This document shows, one piece after another, positions 7,371 to 11,901 of a stretch of DNA of 11,901 bases. Positions within the stretch are counted from its first letter, which is position 1; every line of letters begins with the position of its first letter. Under the pieces are notes generated by a model. It was given only the letters and a program-made list of their open reading frames with translations, ran no database searches and was not told where the DNA came from. The stretch lies in NCBI GenBank assembly GCA_046293555.1, contig JBKBOT010000038.1, positions 1 through 11,901 of the forward strand, written 5' to 3'. The stretch comes from Pyrobaculum sp. (lineage in GTDB: Archaea > Thermoproteota > Thermoprotei > Thermoproteales > Thermoproteaceae). Made by a program: the position numbers and the translations under genes.

Positions 7371-7393
7371 AAGTTGCACTCTTTATGCAACTT
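7371..7393. repeat. Perfect inverted repeat AAGTTGCA-N7-TGCAACTT, probable protein-binding site
   Basis: Read directly; lies within the AT-rich intergenic block. Confidence 0.6.
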
Positions 7394-7425
7394 AAAGACT
7401 TTATAAATATTATATAGGGGGATTT

Positions 7426-7878
7426 TTATAAAATTTCACCTGCATGTGGATATCCCTGTCTCAAGCCTCTGCCGGCATAACGCCCCAAGTCCCCCCGCAA
7501 CATCTGTACTAAATTCCACATATGTTTCCTAGTTCTATCAACAGCAATCTCCTTAAGCCTCCTCTCGTCTCCCTCCTCCTCGTGTATTGTCACATCTAGC
7601 ACAAGGACCCCCGTGGCTATTTGTAGCTGCATAAGCCCAATAGAGGCCGCCAGGTAGCTATATTTATCCACCTGGGTGGGCCCAACCCACCCCAACACCG
7701 CCACGGCCTCGCAGCCCTCCTTGATGAGCCGCATGGCGCCCCAGATGACGTTCTTTATGCCGGGCACCGTGATGCGTCTCACCACGGCGTCTGGCATCAA
7801 GTTCTTTAGCTCCTCCACGGCGATGCCCCCCATGTCCACACGGGCAAAGGTCGTGTCGACTATACCCACGCAAGTCAT
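7426..7878 (-). CDS. ribC: Riboflavin synthase, archaeal (lumazine-synthase-like) type
   Basis: VGIVDTTFARVDMG, RITVPGIK, EGCEAVAVLGWVG, DVTIHEEE, and YAGRGLRQGYPHAG at the C-terminus. Confidence 0.92.
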   Translation of the reverse strand: MTCVGIVDTTFARVDMGGIAVEELKNLMPDAVVRRITVPGIKNVIWGAMRLIKEGCEAVAVLGWVGPTQVDKYSYLAASIGLMQLQIATGVLVLDVTIHEEEGDERRLKEIAVDRTRKHMWNLVQMLRGDLGRYAGRGLRQGYPHAGEIL

Positions 7879-7907
7879 GTTAAATATAGTAAATATCTAT
7901 AATTTAT

Positions 7908-8273
7908 GTGAAGCGGTTTGGAGTCTCGCTACCTAGAGAGGTGGCAGAAGCCATAGACAAGATCTCTCAGGAGCTTGGCGTCACTAGAAGCGAGGTGGTG
8001 GCAGAAGCCATACAGGAGTACCTACAGGCTAGGACAGATCACAGCGGCTCGACGCATCAATGCATGGGGGTAGTCCTCGCGTTGACTAACAGCTCTGTAG
8101 ACCTAGGCGACGTCCTACACGACAGAGAGGTGGTGCTGACCTACACCCACATACATGTCACATACCAATGCCTAACGGTGGCCGTGGTGCAGGGCACGGG
8201 AGATAAGATAGCTAAATTCATGCTGGAAATATCTAGAAAAGCCCAGGTGGCGAGATATGTCCCACTCCATTAA
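7908..8273 (+). CDS. nikR: NikR-like CopG/ribbon-helix-helix metal-responsive regulator
   Basis: RHH N-terminus MKRFGVSLP...RSEVVAEAI; C-terminal ACT-like domain with HIH-x4-C (HIHVTYQC), resembling the NikR metal site. Confidence 0.75.
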   Translation: MKRFGVSLPREVAEAIDKISQELGVTRSEVVAEAIQEYLQARTDHSGSTHQCMGVVLALTNSSVDLGDVLHDREVVLTYTHIHVTYQCLTVAVVQGTGDKIAKFMLEISRKAQVARYVPLH

Positions 8274-8643
8274 GATACCCACCGCCTTCCTCCAGGAGGC
8301 TAGAGAGGTCTGTAGCCCAGAGGCGGAGTGCCCAGCCCTCCTCTTCGGGAGGGGAAATACGGTGTACACATGGCGTTGGGCAAAAAACCTGCTGGGAGAC
8401 AGACACGCCTTTGAGATAAGCCCGGAGGAGATGTATAAACACATCAAGGAGGGGGAAGAGGCGGGGCTAGAGCTGTTGGCTATCTTCCACACACACCCAG
8501 GCGACCCCAAGCCAAGCCCCCTAGACCTCCGCCACATGAGGCTCTGGAGGATCCCGTGGATTATCGCCAATATCTACACCTGGGAGGTCGCCGGGTGGCT
8601 TCTAGAGGGGGGGCTAAGAGAGGTGGAGATAGCCTTCATATGA
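8257..8643 (+). CDS. JAMM/MPN+ (Mov34, M67) metalloprotease, desampylase-like
   Basis: Catalytic E (PEAECPALLFG) and the intact JAMM motif H-x-H-x7-S-x2-D (FHTHPGDPKPSPLD). Confidence 0.9.
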   Translation: MSHSIKIPTAFLQEAREVCSPEAECPALLFGRGNTVYTWRWAKNLLGDRHAFEISPEEMYKHIKEGEEAGLELLAIFHTHPGDPKPSPLDLRHMRLWRIPWIIANIYTWEVAGWLLEGGLREVEIAFI

Positions 8644-9593
8644 TCATAGCCACCTCCACAGTAAATTTCGCCTACCTCACGGGGATTTGGCTAGAGACCT
8701 ACGAGAGGTTTAAAGCAGCAGTTAAATGCGGCAGCCGCACCATAATAGTTGCCCCCGCTTTGGAGAAAATAGAGGGCTATACGTATAGAGACGGGGAGGA
8801 CCCCGCGGAGGCTTTAAAAAAGGCCATAGCCCATTGCGGCGAGGAGGTAGCCTATGTGGATGAAAACACCACCTTTCTACATCTGGAGGTAATAAGGAGG
8901 GCCCTGCCGCCTGGCGTAGTCGTCAAGATGGCCAACTTTAAAGACATGCGTGCAGTAAAGAGAGAGGATGAGGTGACAAAAATCAAGACCGCAGCCGAGA
9001 GAATTAGGGAGGTGCTAAACGGCTTGGAGCTTAGAGAGGGGACTACAGAGAGACGCGCCGCAGCCGCCATATATGCGGCGTTGTATGAAAGAGGGCTGAG
9101 GCCAGGCCCCGTGCTTGTACAATTTGGCGTAAATACGGCCAGGCCCCACCAGGAGCCTACAGACAAGAGGCTACAGAGGGGGGAGGCGGTGGTGGTGGAC
9201 ATCTCTGCGGCACATGGGGGCTATTACGCAGATCTAACCGCCTCCTTCTGGCATGGCGACCCGCCTGAGGGATATAGGGAAATACTCCACGTGGTGAAAA
9301 AAGCACAAGAGGCGGCGCTAGCCGCCGCAAGGCCCGGGGCGAGGGGCTCTGAGGTGGACAAAGCGGCGAGAGAGGCCATCGAGAGGGCGGGTTACGGCCG
9401 GTATTTCATCCACAGGACTGGCCACGGCCTCGGCCTTGAGATACACGAGAAGCCAGATATAGCCCCAAACTCTAGCGACGTCTTAACAGAGGGGATGGTC
9501 TTCACGATAGAGCCGGGGGTATATACGCCAGAGTTTGGAGTTAGGCTTGAGGTAGACGTAGTGATGAGAAAAAACGGCGTGGAGGTACTCTAA
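8640..9593 (+). CDS. pepQ: M24-family Xaa-Pro (di)peptidase
   Basis: RAVKREDE, RPH, VVVD, YYADLT, FIHRTGHGLGLEIHE, TIEPGVY, GVRLE. Start re-assigned to ATG 8640 (ATGA overlap with the JAMM stop). Confidence 0.9.
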   Translation: MIIATSTVNFAYLTGIWLETYERFKAAVKCGSRTIIVAPALEKIEGYTYRDGEDPAEALKKAIAHCGEEVAYVDENTTFLHLEVIRRALPPGVVVKMANFKDMRAVKREDEVTKIKTAAERIREVLNGLELREGTTERRAAAAIYAALYERGLRPGPVLVQFGVNTARPHQEPTDKRLQRGEAVVVDISAAHGGYYADLTASFWHGDPPEGYREILHVVKKAQEAALAAARPGARGSEVDKAAREAIERAGYGRYFIHRTGHGLGLEIHEKPDIAPNSSDVLTEGMVFTIEPGVYTPEFGVRLEVDVVMRKNGVEVL

Positions 9594-9891
9594 CGGCGGC
9601 AACCCGGAGCCGACGGCGGCTCTGGACGGCGGCCACACCCGGCGTCTCTCCCCCCAGCGCCCCGCAGAACGCGCCAGCTGTGAGTTAGGCGTGCTCCCTC
9701 CCGGACCTCCGCCGTTTCCCCACATGCCCAAGTCCCCCCAGCCCTACGGCCGGAGCGGCTTGGGGACTGGCGCCCCTGCGGACTGGGGCTCACCGGTAAG
9801 CCGGGGCAGCCGCCGCCAGAGACGCCGCCTGGCCCCGGTTTCGGGTCCCCAGCCTGGGCCCGTCTGGCGACGGGGCGCAGCCGGCACGCCG
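9594..9891 (-). ncRNA. ffs: Archaeal SRP (7S) RNA
   Basis: Minus strand helix 8 GGCG-GAGG-UCC-GGGA-GGG-AGCA-CGCC (9688-9713); helix 6 with GUAG tetraloop (9744-9747); long helix 5; terminal helix CGGCG/CGCCG. About 300 nt and very GC-rich. The 5' end may extend to ~9906. Confidence 0.92.
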
Positions 9892-9926
9892 CGCGACCCC
9901 CCGCCCATTGTTTTCTACATACAGAA

Positions 9927-9940
9927 TTTAAACTTTTAAA
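9927..9940. promoter_or_regulatory. Back-to-back TATA boxes for SRP RNA (-) and tRNA-Arg (+)
   Basis: TTTAAA at 9927-9932 and 9935-9940 in the AT-rich gap between the two RNA genes. Confidence 0.7.
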
Positions 9941-9957
9941 ACTGTTGAAATATAGGG

Positions 9958-10046
9958 GGGCCCGTGGCTCAGCCCGGCAGAGCGGCGGCCTTCGGAGCTA
10001 CGGCGGGGAGAGCCGTAGGTCGTGGGTTCAAATCCCACCGGGCCCG
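9958..10046 (+). tRNA. tRNA-Arg(TCG) with 15-nt intron at canonical position 37/38 (9996-10010)
   Basis: Acceptor GGGCCCG/CGGGCCC; D-stem GCTC/GAGC; anticodon stem GCGGC/GCCGT with TCG at 9992-9994; T arm GTGGG-TTCAAAT-CCCAC. BHB: CTTC/GGGG helix, GGA and AGA bulges, cUACGg loop. CCA not encoded. Confidence 0.95.
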
Positions 10047-10060
10047 CGTAGAACTTTAAT

Positions 10061-11410
10061 ATGAAGAAAGGGACAGACGTGGATCTATCTTACTTAAGGA
10101 GGGAGTTTGGAGATAGGTTTGTAGAAGACTGGCTACTGGCGTCTCTATATGTGAGAGACGCCTCGTTTATAGAGCCCGCCTCCTCTATAGCCGGCGTGGT
10201 GTTCCCACTCGACGAGGGAGAAGTCAGGAGGGTTGTGGAGTGGGCGATTAGGAACAGGGCCCCGTTGATAGCCCAGGGGAGCGCCACCAGCCTTTCCGGC
10301 AACGCCGCGGCCGCCACAGGGGGGGTGGTGGTAAGTTTTGAAAAAATGACAAAAGTGGAGATAGACCTCGCCGACGGCGTGGTTGTAACACAGCCGGGGG
10401 TCAGAATTGACGAGCTAAACGCCGAGCTTTATAGACACGGCTTCTTCTTCCCAATAGACCCGGGGTCTGTAAAGGCGGCTACAATAGGCGGCGCTATTGC
10501 CAACGGCGCTGGGGGCATGAGGGGGGCGAAATACGGCTCTATGAGGGATTGGGTTCTGGGGCTGAGGGTAGTCACAGGGAGAGGCGACCTGTTGAAACTA
10601 GGCTGTAGGACCTACAAGTGTAGAAACGGCTACGACCTCACGAGGCTTTTTGTGGGAAGTGAGGGCACCCTCGGCCTTGTGACAGAAGCCACGTTAAAAC
10701 TGGCGCCAATGCCCGAGTCGGCTGTGGCGGTGCTGGCGTTTTACGGCGACGTGGAGACATTGGTGGAAGACGTGGTTAAGATTAGGGCGGGCAGGATGTG
10801 GCCTCTCTTCGCCGAGTTTACAGACGCCCCCACCACCTCGCTCATCGGGCTGGGGGAGAAAAACGCCTTGTTTCTAGGGGTGGATGTAAACGAGGGGGCT
10901 GAGGAGAGAGTCCTCCAGAAGGTCCTCAAGGCGCTGCGGGGGGAGGTGGCGCAGACCGCCTACGGCTTTGAGGAGGCCATGAGGCTATTAGAGCCGAGGA
11001 GAAAGCTGTTTTACGGCCAGATATCAGCCGCGTGGAGAGAAGGCGGGACGTTGGTAATAGAAGACGTGGCTGTCCCCATCTCCAAACTCCCCACCGCCGT
11101 GAGGAAACTAAAAGAGCTAGCCGCCAGACACGGCCTCCCCCTGCTTCTAGGCGGCCACGTGGGCGATGGCAACATACATCCAGCCGTCTGGCACAAAAGG
11201 GGAGAGAGGGTCAAGGTGGAGAAATTCGTCAAAGAGATGGCCGGTCTAGTCATAGAGCTGGGGGGCACCATCTCCGCGGAACACGGAATTGGCCTACTCA
11301 AAAAAGAGCTCCTACAACTAGAGGTGGGAGACGCCGTAAGATACATGAGGCGGCTAAAAGAGGTTTTTGACCCATATAATATCCTCAACCCTGGAAAACT
11401 CCTCCCCTAG
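10061..11410 (+). CDS. FAD-linked oxidase, GlcD/D-lactate dehydrogenase family
   Basis: QGSATSLSG, PIDPGS, TIGGAIANGAGG, KYG, GYDLTRLFVGSEGTLG, GHVGDGNIH, SAEHGIG, FDPYNILNPGK. True start may be GTG 10079, about 20-24 nt after TTTAAT. Confidence 0.92.
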   Translation: MKKGTDVDLSYLRREFGDRFVEDWLLASLYVRDASFIEPASSIAGVVFPLDEGEVRRVVEWAIRNRAPLIAQGSATSLSGNAAAATGGVVVSFEKMTKVEIDLADGVVVTQPGVRIDELNAELYRHGFFFPIDPGSVKAATIGGAIANGAGGMRGAKYGSMRDWVLGLRVVTGRGDLLKLGCRTYKCRNGYDLTRLFVGSEGTLGLVTEATLKLAPMPESAVAVLAFYGDVETLVEDVVKIRAGRMWPLFAEFTDAPTTSLIGLGEKNALFLGVDVNEGAEERVLQKVLKALRGEVAQTAYGFEEAMRLLEPRRKLFYGQISAAWREGGTLVIEDVAVPISKLPTAVRKLKELAARHGLPLLLGGHVGDGNIHPAVWHKRGERVKVEKFVKEMAGLVIELGGTISAEHGIGLLKKELLQLEVGDAVRYMRRLKEVFDPYNILNPGKLLP

Positions 11411-11444
11411 GGGCTTACGTCACGTCCCCACATCTTTCTGTCAC

Positions 11445-11696
11445 TTAGCTGATGCCGTATTCTCTCCAGGGGGAGCCGTTTTTCTCCAGCCAGTTTTTCA
11501 ACATGGTGGCAAAAAGCTCTGCGTTGTGTACCCCCAACGCTTTAGACAACACCTCGTATGTACGCCAGGGCTCTTCCAGGAGGAACTGGTCAAAAGGCTT
11601 GCCGAAAGCCAACATCACCCGGTAGTGTATCAACACTCTTAGCGACATATCTAACCCCCCATAGAACTTTATCAACAAGTCCCTATTAAGGCACAC
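11445..11696 (-). CDS. Small hypothetical helical protein (83 aa)
   Basis: In-frame GTG 11696 lies 23 nt after TTTAAA (11719-11724); alternative ATG 11648. Amphipathic helical pattern. The ORF-track start 11774 is upstream of the TATA box. Confidence 0.65.
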   Translation of the reverse strand: MCLNRDLLIKFYGGLDMSLRVLIHYRVMLAFGKPFDQFLLEEPWRTYEVLSKALGVHNAELFATMLKNWLEKNGSPWREYGIS

Positions 11697-11776
11697 AACA
11701 ACTTGTTCAAGCCACCTATTTAAATATTGCTGTATTGACGGAGACACGCCCCAACAACAGCCAGAGATAGACACAA

Positions 11777-11901
11777 CTAGAAAAGGCGGCTGTCTTTAGC
11801 TACGATTTTATACAACAGCTCAGCCACGTGGGGGCTTTTCTTCCCGAGAATTTTTATCGCCTCTTCAAAAGTCATATCTGGCTTCACGCCATATGCAGCC
11901 A
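11777..11901 (-). CDS. 3' end of an unidentified CDS entering from the window edge
   Basis: Open frame ...AAYGVKPDMTFEEAIKILGKKSPHVAELLYKIVAKDSRLF* with protein-like composition; TAG at 11779-11777. Confidence 0.55.
   Translation of the reverse strand, partial: AAYGVKPDMTFEEAIKILGKKSPHVAELLYKIVAKDSRLF

Noticed and set aside
2714-9567. Other isolated C-box-like words (2714-2720 on -, ~3575-3581 on -, 7721-7727, 9561-9567)
   Set aside because: No CTGA D box or internal D'/C' at suitable spacing.
9594-9906. Circularly permuted SRP RNA as known from Thermoproteus
   Set aside because: Helices appear in normal colinear order with helix 8 intact internally, and I see no convincing BHB at the termini.
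9483-9939. ORFs 9483-9731, 9590-9793 and 9691-9939
   Set aside because: They overlap the GC-rich SRP RNA; the Gly/Arg/Pro-rich translations are artefacts.
95-11642. Remaining short overlapping or antisense ORFs in the track (e.g. 1007-1390, 3558-4022, 6468-7109, 6753-7196, 8852-9202, 11011-11388)
   Set aside because: All lie within well-supported genes in other frames and lack recognisable motifs.
1-11901. CRISPR array, IS element or provirus
   Set aside because: No regularly spaced repeats, transposase/integrase motifs or terminal inverted repeats were seen.

Overview
Gene-dense, moderately GC-rich archaeal DNA. The gene set (PINA ATPase, Trm14-like THUMP methylase, archaeal RibC, intron-containing tRNA) and TATA boxes about 22-27 nt before start codons point to a crenarchaeon, most likely Thermoproteales/Pyrobaculum-like (inference). 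It is mostly core genome: 17 complete and 2 edge-truncated CDS, an SRP (7S) RNA, and tRNA-Arg(TCG) with a 15-nt BHB intron. No mobile element or CRISPR array was found. The most unusual signals are four. (1) A C/D-box sRNA nested in the 3' end of a HAD gene, with its own internal TATA box; its D-guide region has a 13-nt perfect complement in the nearby ogt mRNA. (2) A candidate ~60-nt hairpin RNA flanked by a TATA box and a U-tract at 7207-7292, sharing flanks with the pre-tRNA-Arg intron/exon. (3) An adjacent AT-rich block with G-string repeats and a palindrome between convergent genes (origin-like). (4) A ubiquitin-like protein ending in -HPG instead of -GG, 4 kb from a JAMM protease. All assignments come from reading motifs by eye; no searches were run.
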